From the human T2T-CHM13v2.0 reference genome, Homo sapiens, in the NCBI RefSeq assembly GCF_009914755.1, contig NC_060929.1: a DNA stretch of 64,000 nucleotides; one strand, 5' to 3'. Of this stretch, positions 44,366 through 58,988 are shown in pieces. Position 1 is the stretch's first letter. Each line of letters opens with the position of its first letter. The notes below the pieces were generated by a model. It saw nothing but the letters and a program-made list of their open reading frames with translations. It did not search any database and was not told the DNA's origin. The position numbers and the translations under genes are program-made.

Positions 44366-47300
44366 AGTTCCTTTTTTTAAAGTAGTCATTTGGTAGGAGA
44401 ATTTAATTCCAATAGTATTAATATTTAATTTTTCCAAAGAAGCTTAAACCTATATTCCTGTAATCAGTAATGTCCTAAATGAAACTTTTGTTGGCACTCC
44501 TCTATGTAAACATCATTCAAAAGCTTTCACTCCCTCCTATCTTTCTTAATACTTAATGACTATTACCACTATCCCCAGTCACATTATCATCATTGGTTTG
44601 AGATTTAATCATACACCTTACAGTGTTCATGTTCCCAAATGTTTTTTAACTCCTCGTCTTACTTTAATTTGCATGCTTCATTTTGTAATTTAAATTTAAC
44701 CCACCTAGAGTACTTAGTACTTTTTACCTAGAAAACACTAGTGTACTTTCTAAGTCCTGGTACAGCGAGAAACATGGTTTTTACATAAGAATGATAACTT
44801 GGCTGGACATACAATTCTTGGAATATAGTTCTCTTTTCTGGATGTCTGGTATCATTGTTTCACTGTCTTCTAATTTTCACTGTTGTTGATGAGAAGTTTC
44901 GTACCAATCTGATTCATTTTCCTTCATAAGTAAACTTTCTCTTCACCTGGAAAAGTGTTGAACTTTCTCTTTAATCTCAGATTTAAGAAATTTCACCAGG
45001 AGATGACGAGTTTGGGGCTTTTTGTGCAGTTTGGAATTTGATTTGCAGCCATTTAGTTCTTAAAATGTAAATTTTTCTACATTTAAAGTTATCTTGCATT
45101 GTTTCTTTAATATTTTTCTTCTTCTGTGCCTTTTGCCTTAAGGATCTCCTGTTATTTATTTATCAGACCTCCCAGACCTACTTATTATGAATCTTATCTT
45201 GTACTCATTATTTGCATTTATTTGTGTATTTGCTTTTGGTTGTTGTGGATATTTTTTGCCTTTTGTAAGTGTGTGGGTGAGAGATGTTTCCTTTATTTGA
45301 TTTTCCAGAACACAAATTCCATTTTAATCAGTAATTGTTCATTTCCTGTTCCTTGGTTAATTAAACAAAATTGCAGTTTTTACATCATAACTTCCTTAAA
45401 ATATCCCATTTTAGAGACCTCTTGTTGTTCTTCCATTAGAACTGCCTCCATAGGTGTAATCAGTGCCTGTTGGGGACATGGCTTCCCTCCTTAAAATAGC
45501 CTGTGAACTTTTTTTCTCCAAAACATTGAGAGTTTCCTCTCCTGTTAAATTATCTCCTGCTATTTAGTATCGTTGAGGAAAAGTCTAATACAGGCCTGAT
45601 TTTTGTTCTTTTTTGGGGATCCAGTTTTTTTCCCCAGTGCCTAGTAAGCACTCAGAAAGCAGTGCCTACGATTGGGTGGCTCATGGGGCAGCTTCTCTCT
45701 TTATTAGAAAAAGAGATATCTTACAAGTGGTTGCCTCCACTGAGATCAGTTGGAAACTCCCCATTATCTCATTTATGTCCCCATTTTCTCCCTGCAGCCC
45801 AAACAATCAGCCTTTGGACTTTATCTAGGCTGTCACAGATGGAGAGTCCCCCTGATGTCCGGAATCATTGCCCAACAGTCTGGTGTCTAATGTTCTAATG
45901 AAATGTCATATTTCATCATTTGTTTGCATGGATATGTCTGTGAGAAAATGGTTTTGGGGGAGGAGAAATGATTCAGTATAATAGTTAAACTGCTTAATTG
46001 CAAACAATATAAACTCTGTTATTTTATTTGATAGTTATTGGGAAGCTCCAAGAAGGGCTGGACAAATTAGAGAAGCAGGCTTAGAAAATGGGTAGGAACT
46101 AATGGAGGTGGGATGGTAGGGAACTCCACTATGAAAACAGTCTGATTATGACATGTTGCCTGTTCTGCTGTTCCCAGACACTCACCGTGCTGCTGCTGGA
46201 CTTTGAACTTGGCTACTGCCACCATAAATAGTCACTGACTGTACCTGAATCTTTGTGCCACTGCCTGGCCTCATATGCAGCAGGCAGAGTATAATTATTC
46301 CCCATTTGGGCTTTCTCAGTGGCAAGGGGGCTCAGTCTCTCTCAAAGACATGCAGAATAAAGAAGTCTCCCCCAAAGAAGGGGGTTTTATATTCTGGGCA
46401 GCTAAAAATTGGCATGTGTTATCTAGGCAAACGTCAGTAGACTTCTGATTTCTATCACTAAGTAGCAGCCTTCGATTCTGCTGGAGATTGTGATACATCC
46501 CAAAAGATGACGAGGCAGAGGTTGTCGCTGCCCTGCTCATCCTCTCTGCACTCACCCCTACCAGCAGAGGTGATTCTTTCCAACACCTGCAGCTCTCTGC
46601 CAGCTGCAGAAGCACACTTGACCTCTCCCCGGGACAAGCAGGAAGAGCCAGATACCTGATGCCCCTTGATTCAGTTCTCATCCAACAATTCGATATGGCC
46701 ATGATGAATGAATACCATAGCTTCCGTGTCCCACAGCTGGGGTAACTCTGGGGTGTGTACTACATTGTTTCCCAGCAAGATTAGTCCCAGCTGTCCACAG
46801 TGAGAAGTGGCATGATAAGACACCCTTTCTTACCTGTCTCACTTCTGCACACCCCTACTTGTAGGCCTGCAGATCTCCTGCCAACTAAGCTACTGGCACT
46901 TGAATACTTGCCTTAGGGTCTGCTCTTAGATTTGCTCAAACTAACACAGTTGGTGAAGCCCTGTTGAGTAGTCAAGAGTACTTGGAATAAAAGGACAAGG
47001 CAGAAGAGTTCCTGATCTTATTCTCACTTCCCACTTAAAGTTTTTGAAGAAGTGGATTATCCTGAAATTCTACCCTGCGTAAGCCCTTTGACCCAGTCTT
47101 TTCCCTCGTAGTTGTTTATCCTACAAAAGGACTTACACTCATGTGCAAAAGTAACACAAAATGATGTTCTTTGTGGCTTTGGTCGTGACAGAAAATAAAT
47201 TGGATGCACCTAAATGCCCATCAATGAAGTTAAATAAATTACAGTGCACCCCTACAAGGTAATACAAAGCAGCGATTAACAATGATGCTACCGATTTCTA

Positions 47301-47657
47301 GTAACTAATAGGGAATGAGGCCCAAAATATATTGTTAAGAGAGAAAACCATATCACAAAGGAGCATTATAGTTTTATTTCGCCAACAGATATTTCAATAC
47401 ATATTTCCTGAGTGTCTACTATGTGCCAGGCTTTCACTGTCCTGTTTGTAAAAATTTCATCTATTCTATTGCCTGAACTGTGTTTTGGCAAACACAGTTT
47501 GGAAAATTGTGTCTCTTCCAAAAGTATTCAAAGAAAAGGAGAGTAAGCTTGATGGTAACTTTTGAAAACTGCTTACAGTTAACAGTGTGAATATCTTATA
47601 GAAGCATTTTTCTCCATTTTTTCATAAATGACCTAATTTGAAGATAAACATTGAATA

Positions 47658-47703
47658 TGTGTATGTATGTGTGTGTGTGTCTGTGTGTGTGTGTGTGTGT
47701 GTA
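47658..47703. repeat. (GT)n microsatellite.
   Basis: gtgtgtgtgtctgtgtgtgtgtgtgtgtgt. Confidence 0.95.
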
Positions 47704-47833
47704 GTTGGGGGGCAGTGGTAGAGAGATAGATTTTCTGACTGTAATAAAACTTAAATCACCTTGTGCCTTCCGCACTATTTGAATTTTACCCTGAGGATGA
47801 ATCACTTTCATAATACAAAAAACATACTAGTTC

Positions 47834-48133
47834 AGGCCAGGTGCAGTGGCTAACCCCTGTAATCCCAGCACTTTGGGAGGGAGGCCAAGGCGGGTGGATC
47901 ACTCGAGGTCAGGAGTTTGAGACCAGCCTGGCCATCATTGCGAAACCCTGTCTCTACCAAAAGCACAAAAATTAGCCGCGCATGCTGGTGCGTGTCTGTA
48001 ATCTCAGCTGCTCAGGAGGCTGCAGCAGGAGAATGGCTTGAACCCAGGAGGCCAAGGCTGCAGTGAGCTGAGATCGCGCCACTGCACTCCAGCCTGGGTG
48101 GCAGAGTGAGACTGTCTCAAAAACAAAAACAAA
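47834..48133 (+). mobile_element. Alu SINE.
   Basis: GGCCAGGTGCAGTGGCTAACCCCTGTAATCCCAGCACTTTGGGAGG...CACTCCAGCCTGGGTGGCAGAGTGAGACTGTCTC. Confidence 0.95.
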
Positions 48134-48156
48134 CTAGTTCATTAAAAAAGCTTCAC

Positions 48157-48158
48157 AA

Positions 48159-48185
<27 letters not shown>
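48157..48185. repeat. (CA)n microsatellite.
   Basis: acacacacacacacacacacacacacac. Confidence 0.95.
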
Positions 48186-48190
<5 letters not shown>

Positions 48191-50993
48191 TCTCTATAAC
48201 AGAATTCTGTCTTCAGTGACTTGCTACTCTCTGGAAGCTTTGCCCTTTCTTGTGCACTGCCAGATGCCTCAAGGTATCCTTTGAACTGTCTGCCCCACCA
48301 GGAAGCCATATTCAACCACCTGATCTGTTGGTTTTCTTTTTCCAGGACCCTAACAATTCTCTCTTCCAAAGACATTCCAAGAAGATGAGGAAGAATATAG
48401 AGGAGTGTTTTAGAATCGTCTGAGTTCCTAGCTTGAATACCTTAATAACAGCTTTAAGAAATGTTTTTCTTCATAAAAGCCTTGAGTTGAAGAAAAACAT
48501 GCGCTGAAATAATTTCCTAAGCCCCACCCTGTGCATGACTGGCGTAAGGAATCGCTCATTGTAAAGCTATTGGTTATTCTAACTCCTTCCGCAAATTAAT
48601 TTACCTCAGGAAGCCATGTTCCTCCATAAATGGCGGGAAACAATGGGGTCTTTTATATTCCCAGTAGTATGGTGCTCATTAGTTAAATGCTGACTTTGTT
48701 GGGCTCTGGAATAGAACAAAATATCCTAAAGCAAGGTCATGACTGTAGCAACTTGGGAAGAAAGGGGACCATGACACCTGTGTCTGAGCCCTGGTAGGGA
48801 AGGAGCCAGGCTGACTGGTCTAGGGCAGGAGGGATGCTGCCCAGGTATTCTCCTCCTCTTCTCTATGGTGAGGCCCCAAAAAGCCTGGGCCCAGAGGGAG
48901 CACTGATGGAGGGAGGGAGAGTGGCACCTGTACCTCCTGAGCCAGAAGTGCCAGAGGATCTTCCAGACTGGTGGTCTTCACACTGTTTTTTTTTTCCCCA
49001 GGCTGTTTTGATCACAACTACCTCTATTGCTAAAAATGTCTGAGCATATACTTCTAATGTATAGTGTAATGATATATTGAATATCTTATAAACCAAATAC
49101 TGTCAAAAATTTAAAGGATACAATTTAAATATAAAGACCACTTCTATAGATGAGGCAGGAGCAGTGCCCATGGTCCCTGTGATGTCTACTCAGTCATGAA
49201 ATAATCCTTGGAACTTGAACTTTTAAAAACGAGCAAGCAGCTTCATACTAACTCCTATCCCAAATTTCCCACCAAAATACTCCTGAAGATACAGAAAAGG
49301 TCCCAAGGCTCACAATGCCTAGCAAATACCCTATAAATTGAATCTGGGGAGAATTTCTACCAAATATAGGGCAAATGGAGTAGGACTAAGGGAAAAAACA
49401 ATGCCAACTGTGCTCACCCATGAAGCAGGGCATTCCTGCTTCCCCAAAAGAAGGCAGAAAGAATCTTCAGCAATTTCCATTTTTACCCTCTGGAAGTTTC
49501 TGCAACAGCCATACAATCAGACAGGCATTTCAGAACAGCAGGAGGCTGCCTTTTGAGGTGCTCTGAAAACTATCATTTCCCACTCCCTGCGGACACCAGT
49601 TTCTACCTCCATTCAGAGTGCAAATCCCAGAAAGGAGGGAGCAGGGAGATTGGGGGTAGGCAAGAGAGAAAGAGGGGGGATGGAGCATTTTAGAGTGGCA
49701 GAGTCCCAAGGTCAAAGCCTTAAAAAAGAGAGAGGAAATCTTCATAGCAGCACCTGATAAAGGTTCACAACTCTCAGGTATTCCATCCTTTCAACCTTTC
49801 GGAGAGCCAAGAACTGGGAAGCAGGAGAAAACGTGCCTTAGGGCAAGAAAGGCACAGGACAGGAATGCTATTCTGAGCTCTTATCTCTCACTTCACTCAA
49901 GTTTTTATGATTACATAGATTTTTATCTTGAGGTTCTAAGTACGGTATTTTTCTGAAAAAAAAAAAAAAATGGTTTTACTGAAAGCCACGATAGTTCTTC
50001 CTCCTGGACATTGGAAATTGGGTCATGAGCTATTCCAGCCACCTGCTCTACTGCTGAATTAATGGGAAGTGGGGCTGGACACACATCCACTCATCTGTCC
50101 CCACAGTTCCTTCTTTGTGCAGAGCCAAGTGGAGCAGGGGAATCCTGACAAGGAACAACAAAAACCCTAGTGAAGATGACAGGAACACCACAGGAAACAA
50201 CATCTTGAAAATTCCCAAGAAGAGCATCACAGTGAAAATAACTTATGGCAAATCCCAGAAGAAAATTTTAGAAAACTGTTCGACACTTTCAATAAACATA
50301 GCTTTTATAAAACGGAAGTAGAAAGCCATGAGAAGAAAGCTAGATGAGATGAAAAGGGCTGTAAGAAGGGCAAGGAAACTCATATATTAATGATAAGATT
50401 AAAATCATCAAATTAGAGGCAATAAAAACTATAATTAATGCCAGAAAATTAAATCATTCACATGGAGGATAAATTTCAACAGCCTTTACAAAATGCAAAG
50501 GAAATGGGAAAAGTAATAAAGATTATGAGAAAGGAAATTATTTACTTGGAGGGCAAATAATGGAGACAAATTCCAAGAAGTGTAGGTTATCCTAAGTAAG
50601 AATCAAAATATGTGGGTGTAGAACCAATAAAGCAACATTGAATAAAACCTTGCAAAGATGTTTTTAAAATTTATAAGTATGTGAATCAAAACCAAAACCA
50701 TAAAAAAAAAGAAGAAAATACAGGTGAGGATTTATCTGATGTCAGAAGGGCACTAACTCTCTAAACAGATAAACAACATCAACAACAGTATATTATATAT
50801 ACTAATTAATTGTTTTCATATGGGGGAGGCTTAGATATACACATTTTTTAAAGTTTAAAGAGCATCCCAAAATTGAGCTAAATAACAAATTTGGAAAAAT
50901 GCCTATGATAAACGTGAGAGAATTAATATACTGACTATATAAAGAACTTTTTAAAAATAAACAGGAAAGATACTAGCAATAAAAAACTTAAGA

Positions 50994-51265
<272 letters not shown>

Positions 51266-54062
51266 TCAAATGACCATCACAAATATTTATATCTCTGAAA
51301 ACAGATTTAACCTCATTAATAATCAAAGAAGACATGCAAATACAAAACAGTACTGACATATACGTTTTTGCTTTTTACGTTTGTGGATTTTTCTAAAGTT
51401 ACAATACTTGAGCATTCAAGGTGATTCTGATACAGTTGGTTTTTGAAAAGCATAATTTGAGTAGTACTGCCCCCCTCCCATTTGACAGACTCCTCTCACC
51501 ATTTAGATTTCAGTATTACCTTCACTTCCTCCTGGGAGTTTTCTCTGACCACCCAGGCTAGATTCTGTCCTCTCATTGAGATTTTTCACTGTACTTTATA
51601 CTACATGGCATTTATCTCAATCGTATTGTGATAATGTGTATGATTTATTTATTCAATGTTTGGCATCCCAATGAGACTGTAATAATAATGCTTATACTGA
51701 GAATTTGCTTTGTGCTAGGCAATTTTAAAAGCTTTAATTTCATTTAATGCTCTCAATAACCTTATGCTAAAAGGACTCACCTGAAGCTTAGAGAGGTTCA
51801 GTACCTTGTTCTAGGTAACAGGTCTGATACCTACTCCGTATAAGTTGATCACACAGAAGCAAAGCTCCCTGCCTCCAGGAAGACACTGGATCTTTCCTTT
51901 CCTGAGCTTCAGACAGCTCCATAACACCTTCTTCTGAGGCTGCACTAGCAGACCAAGGTTACTTCTCAAAGATGTAAAGCAAGTAGCTAAACTAGGAAAT
52001 ACTCAAAATCGATTTACCTTCATGTGTTTGTTTATTTCAGGAAGCAAAACTTTTGCCCCTGGCAATCATCTCCATATTCCAAGGTGTCACATTCTGCCAT
52101 AAAGATACAAAGCAAAACTGGGGCCACTGCATGATTCAAGTGTCCAGATCCTTCCTCAGGTCTCCAAAGGAAAATAGCTTGCCACTTTCATAAGCTGCTT
52201 TGTAAATGCCAGATCGATACAGGAGAAGCAACATTTTTTTAGGATACAGGACACATAAGAATGACTCAAGGTAAAGTCAAGTGAAGACACGGTTATGTCC
52301 CTTTGTTCATAAGGAGATAGACACAAGCCTCCACCATGGTATGGGCTAGTGCAAGGGGCTTCGATTTTGGAGGAGAGGGGTGAGTGGGCAGTTGGAAAAG
52401 AGAGAGGGGTTGTCCAATGAACATCTGTAACTGACAGGAGCAGAGGAAGGCACATCCTATTTTATAGGATGGAAATCCTTCTATGCACCTCTAATCTGCC
52501 ACAACTTCTTTAATGCAAGATTCATACAAAAAACAAAGCAGCTAGGGCAATTGTTTAAGAAGCAGACCTTCATTGCTGGAAAGGTCTGAGTTTGAGTCAG
52601 CTCTGTAGCTTTCCTGTGTGCCTGTGAGCAAGTTTCTCAGCCTTATTGAGCCCAACTCTCCCATAAAATTAGGATAATAAAAAAGACCACTTCATATGAT
52701 TGTCATGAGAGGTACATGAGATAGGTAAGAAAAGTGCTTTGCCTAGAGCCTGGTATAAGTTTTCAATAGGCATTAAGCATATTTCATAGAGGAAACTTGA
52801 CCTGCCAATGAAAAGGACACTTTCCTTTATATCTTAATTATTTTTAATGGAAACATTCTAAGCTGAAGTGGATATTTTTCAGACTCATTAAATAGAACAC
52901 ACTGAATGATTTTTTGTCCAGCTTTTGTTATGGTTAATATACCTTGCTGTACAAACATAAACAATGCAAGAGTCCATGCAGTCAGCACTGAAAGTCTGCC
53001 CAGGCTGCTCCTATCCTCCAGGAAACCACCCTTAACAGTTATGGCAAAGTCCTTCCTGACTTTGAATTTTCCCACAAGCTCCATCAAGTGCTGTGATGCA
53101 GAGAGGCTCTCATCTAGAGCTATGACAATACATGGGGCCATTCACCCTTACACAGCATGGCCTGGCCAGCCAATCCCTGCAAGCCCCGGGCCTGCTTCTC
53201 TATCTTCTTGCCTGACCCTTGACATCAGGTCTGTGGCAGATGGGTCAGCTTTTCCCCAGTGCTGCTTCCCGTATTCATTATAGTTTCTAATCTCCTTTAT
53301 TTGAGAAATTAAAAATCACGTTGATTATAAGCATGGGCTATGTGGATAGCCATTTCAGATATTTCTTATATATGATATTTCTGAGCTTATGATTATGCCA
53401 CAGAAAGAGAGGTAGTATCCCGGAGAGAGTTCTAGAGGAGAAATCTAGGGATCTGATTTCTAGCCTAGCCCTACCATTTAATTCCTGTAAGAACTTGGAA
53501 AAGTTACTGAACCCTGTGAAACCTCAGTTGTCCCATCTGTAAAATGGGATTCATTACTTCCTTAAACTCATAGTTACTGATTGCTTACTATAGGCCTGGC
53601 ATATTTCTAGATGCTGTGCACACAACAGTGACCAAGACAGACAGGTCTCCTCAAGTTTACATTCTAGAATTAGGAAAAGAGGTGATCAACAAAATATATC
53701 CATGAGTTAATATCCAATGGTGCAATCAGATAAGTGCTATAAAAACAAACAGGCAGGGTTGTTAGGCCTTTAAATAAGTTTCATCGAAGAGTTTTTAAGA
53801 CTGTGAAACATGATATGTTAAATAGAATATACTTTAATTCTTAGAAAACAATAACGTACCCATACATTTGTAATACCAGTGACCCAAGATTCTGTGATTC
53901 TCTAAGGAGGAGTGGTGTATCAGAGGGGAAATGACACCTAGATGGCACAGGGTGGAGAAACGCTGCTTTACAGTTGGTAAAACACTTTTGCTCATATTTA
54001 TCTCAGTGTGCCTTCTAAACTTTCAAAATGTCTCCCGAACACAGAGGCAAGGAGTGATATGA

Positions 54063-54382
<320 letters not shown>

Positions 54383-57300
54383 AAGAATGTTTTCTTCCAC
54401 ACACAAACAGCAGCCTTATATATTAATAATGCTAGACCCCTACCATTAGTACTGGAATGCTTTTGAGTCATAAATTAGAGGGTGACGCAGTGCCCAGGAC
54501 CAAAGCTCTACAGCATCCCTGCATGGTGCAACCCTGCAAGATTTGTGTATAGATCATTTAATAGTTTAGGGGCAGGAATAACCCAAAGCAAAGTGCTCCA
54601 GTCACCACTGAGGAAGATCAGGAAAACATTACAATGAAGCAAAGCTGGTATTACAAAGGCACACTTGCATATCTTGACTTGGGATTTCCATTTTACTGGG
54701 CTGGAGGCTAATCATTCTCTCAAACATCTGGTGTGGTTAGTATCACTCTCCTAACTTTACAGATGAGAAAACAGAGGTTCATAGTGCAAACAGACTCCAC
54801 AATGTCTTGCTGAATGCACTTGTTGGTTTAGCTACCCCCTGTGAAGCCTCTTAGGAACTCAGGCCACACTGGTGTTCCTCAGCTCTAGCTCCTGAAACCA
54901 GCCTGTCTTGGCCTTTGCTGGTATCCTCCTTTTGTTTATTCCTCTTTCGTGGCCTCTTTGCCTCCCTCTTCATCTTGAATATAGGCTCTTCGGTTAATTT
55001 TTTTTCTGCCATAGCACACTTCTTTTCTTCTAGGCATTTATGAAGACTTATTGTATTTTCAGATGTGTCTATTTGTGTATTGTCAGTCTTCATCATCATG
55101 AAGTCAAAGTTCTTGCCTGTTTGGTTCACTGCTGTGTCCCCAGCACCAGGCTCAGTGCTTCATAAATATCTGTGGAATGATGAATGAAAGGAGAGAAGAA
55201 AGGAAGGCCAATGCATCACTTTTATTTGAAGGTTTAAATATAAAACATAAACTGTTTTCCTGGATATTGTATTAATACGATAATGCTTAAACATTAGAAT
55301 GTTGAAAGAGTTGTGTAGTGTCGATGTAACAATTGTTAATATAAAATAAGAGCTAGTAATTGGAGTTCATTTCAAGGAAAACTGAATTTAATGTTAGGTT
55401 GGTTGGTTGTGACACAAATATTCATTGGATCAGAAATTACTCCAAAATGCTACAGGAGTCAACAAGGTCAAAGAATTAGTTCTATACCATGTGGCCCAAA
55501 AGCAGCACTTTGAACTGAATGCTACAGGGGCCACACACAAAGCTCAGGCTTCTTTACAGTTCCTGGTGACATGAGATATTAGGGTACAAGTCTGGGCCTG
55601 GAGACCTAATCAAGGCCTGATACGGCTCTGCAATGTGGGTCGACTTGCTTCTTTTTTCTGAGCATGTTTCTTCTCCTGCGAAATGGGGGTTAATAGTCCC
55701 AACCTGCCTAGTTTAACTCCAGATTAACTCATCCTTCATCAACATGGGATGGTTGGAATCGGATGTAGGGCCTTGTCCTTTGTAAAAGCATAAAACACAA
55801 AGTGCTGTTAAGGATTATAGCAATAAGGCACGCACACACAAAACATCTGGGTATCTGTTTGTTCCCTTCTTGCTAATCTGCAGTGGTAATAAGGAATTCC
55901 AGGTTAACTCCTAGCTTCTGTTATCAGGCAGAACTTTGGATTGCAGCCTCGTAGCTCCTCCTGAAAATGCATACTTGAGCCAAGAGCAAACCTGTAAGGG
56001 CCTCTCAGATACTGCTCACCCCCCGGAAGCTGGATTGCTTTGAATATTTTGCCAAATCTCCTTCCCACTCTTAGAAGAAGATTTGAGTTGAAAGCACATA
56101 GAACAGTTGTCTTTGCCTGTCACTTCCCCCTTCCCCGGCTGCAGGATTCCTGTCTCACAACTACCCTCCTACTCCCTTTCTTTTCCTCCGTCCCAGACCC
56201 AAACTTGTAGGGGACCTTTTGCCCTGAATTTCAGCAGGAAACACAACTAGCAACCAGATGTCTGACTTTTTCACCCCATTGGCAAGGATCAGCCATCTTC
56301 CCTGTAAACTTCCGGCCTTTCCTCTCTGTTAGATCTTTCAGCTTCTTCACGCTCTGTCTCCTTTAGCTCAGATGCATGAAAACCCTCCAGAAGAGAAACA
56401 AAAGGTAGCCTGCAAAGTGCCGCAAACGTGCATAGTATTTATATGCTCTACCCAGCAAATTGGTTGTCGGTGGATGTCGGAGGGGATGGGGGTGAGAGGG
56501 TAGCAATTCAGCTTTTAGATTCATTTGGTCTATCAGTAAATTCAGATCCAATGAAGAATAGGTGGCTTTGATCAAAGATAAAGATAATGAAAAGAAGTTA
56601 ATAACTTAAAATAACACACCAAGGGAAAAAAACACAGATTCTGTTACCATCAAAGTGTTTGAGTATGATAAAATAATAGGTAAAGTAGCTTTCTCAACTT
56701 CAGGAATAATGAGAGACCCAGATCTTCTTTGACACAGCAGAGACCTTTGGGACTGGGGCAGACCTTAGACCTCATTCAGTTTCTTCACTTTCCAGGTGTA
56801 GAAACTGAGGTCCTACCTGAGTGGGAAGGACTTGCCCCAGGTCCCTTGCTTGATGGCAGAGTGGGGTGTCCCAGCTCAAGGGCCTGCCCCTGGCACTGCT
56901 TATATCTACCCTGAGACATTTCTGGAGAAGGATGGTGGTCACGGACCTGGGCTTGATCTGCCGACTCTCTGTGCCTCCTGTCTTCCTGCTCTTGGGATGG
57001 TTGGCTGGTCCCCCATCTCAGGAATCCACTCTAATCTGCGGCTCTCGGCCATGAAGCAGCAGCAGTGATGGGGCTTTTTTCCTGCATCCACCAGCCATCT
57101 GATACACACCCCAAAGGGGAGAAGCATGAGCCTTTTTTTTTTAACATAAGAAACCTACCAATAAACATCTCCGTTGTCAAGTCAACACTTGTTGACCATC
57201 TATAGGCAGTACAGAGGAAGTGTTTCTCAAAGAAATGAATGAAAAACAGGTGGGGAGTCAGTGGAAGCCTTGAAATTTTAAGGAATTATCACTCAATCGC

Positions 57301-57471
57301 ACAAAGTCCTGTATTACCTTATCCCCTTCCTTGCCCGGGCTGACTTTCCCTGCTTACCTCTGTCTTCACTGGTGTAAATCATCATTCCACTAATCCCAGA
57401 TGTATAGCTTGGGGCAAGTTTCTGCCCCTCTCTGTGCCCCAGTTTCCTCACCTATGAAGTGAGAATAATAG

Positions 57472-57774
57472 GGCCAGGTACAGTAGCTCAGTCCTGTAAG
57501 CCCAATACTTTGAGAGGCTGAGGTGCGAGGATCACTTGAGCCTAGGAGTTTGAGACCAGCCTGGGCAACAGAGTGAGACCCCATTTCTACAAAAATAATT
57601 TTTTTTAAATTAACCAGGTGTGGTGGGATGTGTCTGTAATCACAGATACTCAGGAGGCTGAGGTGGGAGGATCACTTGAGCCCAGGAGTTTGAGGTTACA
57701 GTGAGTTATGATCATACCACTGCACTCCAGCCTGGGTGACAGAGTGAGGCCCTGTCTCTACAAAAAAGAAAAAA
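57472..57774 (+). mobile_element. Alu SINE, a divergent older (AluJ/S-like) copy.
   Basis: GGGCCAGGTACAGTAGCTCAGTCCTGTAAGCCCAATACTTTGAGAGGCTGAGG...CACTGCACTCCAGCCTGGGTGACAGAGTGAGGCCCTGTCTC. Confidence 0.9.
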
Positions 57775-58930
57775 GGCATGGGGGAATAATAGTTCTTAGG
57801 GATACAATTGCCCTGGGGGTGATGTGAAATGAGGGCTATCACACTTAGCATATAGTAGAAGTTCAATAAGCTTTAGTTCTCTTCCTTCTGTAATGGGAGA
57901 CTATACACATGTTCCTTAAGCAGTGGGTCCCAACAGAACAGGAGGGTGCCCTCTTCAGCAAGTCTTATGACATCTTGCCTTCCTACACACCTGAATCTTT
58001 GTCCTGCAGCCTCGGCCGCCAACAAGAAAGACCAATCTGATGCTTAAAGGATGTGTTCAATTCTCCTGGGTAGCATGGGCACCTCATCCTGGCAGGGTCA
58101 TGGTGGAAAACATTTGCCTTTTCTGTCCCAGGCCCACAACCAGGGGCTCCAGCCCTGAAGTTTCTAATTGTTTACTTCGCAACACTTGAATTTTTATTCT
58201 AAAAAAAAGGAAGGAAAAAAAAAGGAAAAGAAACCAGGGCCCAGACTTAATGCAAATGAATCCCAAGGGGAGTCTGTTACCTTCGGGCTCAGAACAATGA
58301 GTTAATTGAAAGCGGTAATGAGAAAAAGCAGCTGGCATTCATAAACCCATGGGCCAATGAGCAGTTCAATTCCTGGGCAGCAGGTGAGAGCCAGGCTTTC
58401 TAGACAACCAAAATGTCAATTTGCTTCTGAAAATAATTGCCCGAGGAATACCAAGCCACCAGCAAGGACTGAGCCTGTCTACAGGTCCTGTCACCTGGCT
58501 GGGGGCCACCTGTGATGGCCCCAGCACCCAGACCTTCAAGTCTTGAGAAAACTGTGCTTTAAGGACTTACCTGAGACTAAGGACACACACCCACGATGGA
58601 CACCCAACTGGAGAGTCATGTGAGAAGCCCCAAAGTCAAAGGACTTGCTTCACATTCCAGCTCTATCACTCCTGTGGGGTGGGGCCTGAGGCAAGGCATG
58701 CCACCATACCTTAGTTTCCCCACCTGTCACAATACCTGTCCTCCCAGCCTCCCAGCATTTCTTTATCTGAACATCAAATGAGATGACATATTTGGAATGC
58801 TCTGTAAAATAAGAGATGTGTTGTGAAAATAGAAAATCCCAACAGAGTGAACTGAGGGGTCAGACTACCTGGTTAACTCAGATAAGACTCAGAAACTAAT
58901 GCATACCTCACGAGATTGATGAGGGAATTT

Positions 58931-58937
58931 GATAAAA

Positions 58938-58986
<49 letters not shown>
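58931..58986. repeat. (GT)n microsatellite of ~28 units.
   Basis: tgtgtgtg run. Confidence 0.97.
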
Positions 58987-58988
<2 letters not shown>
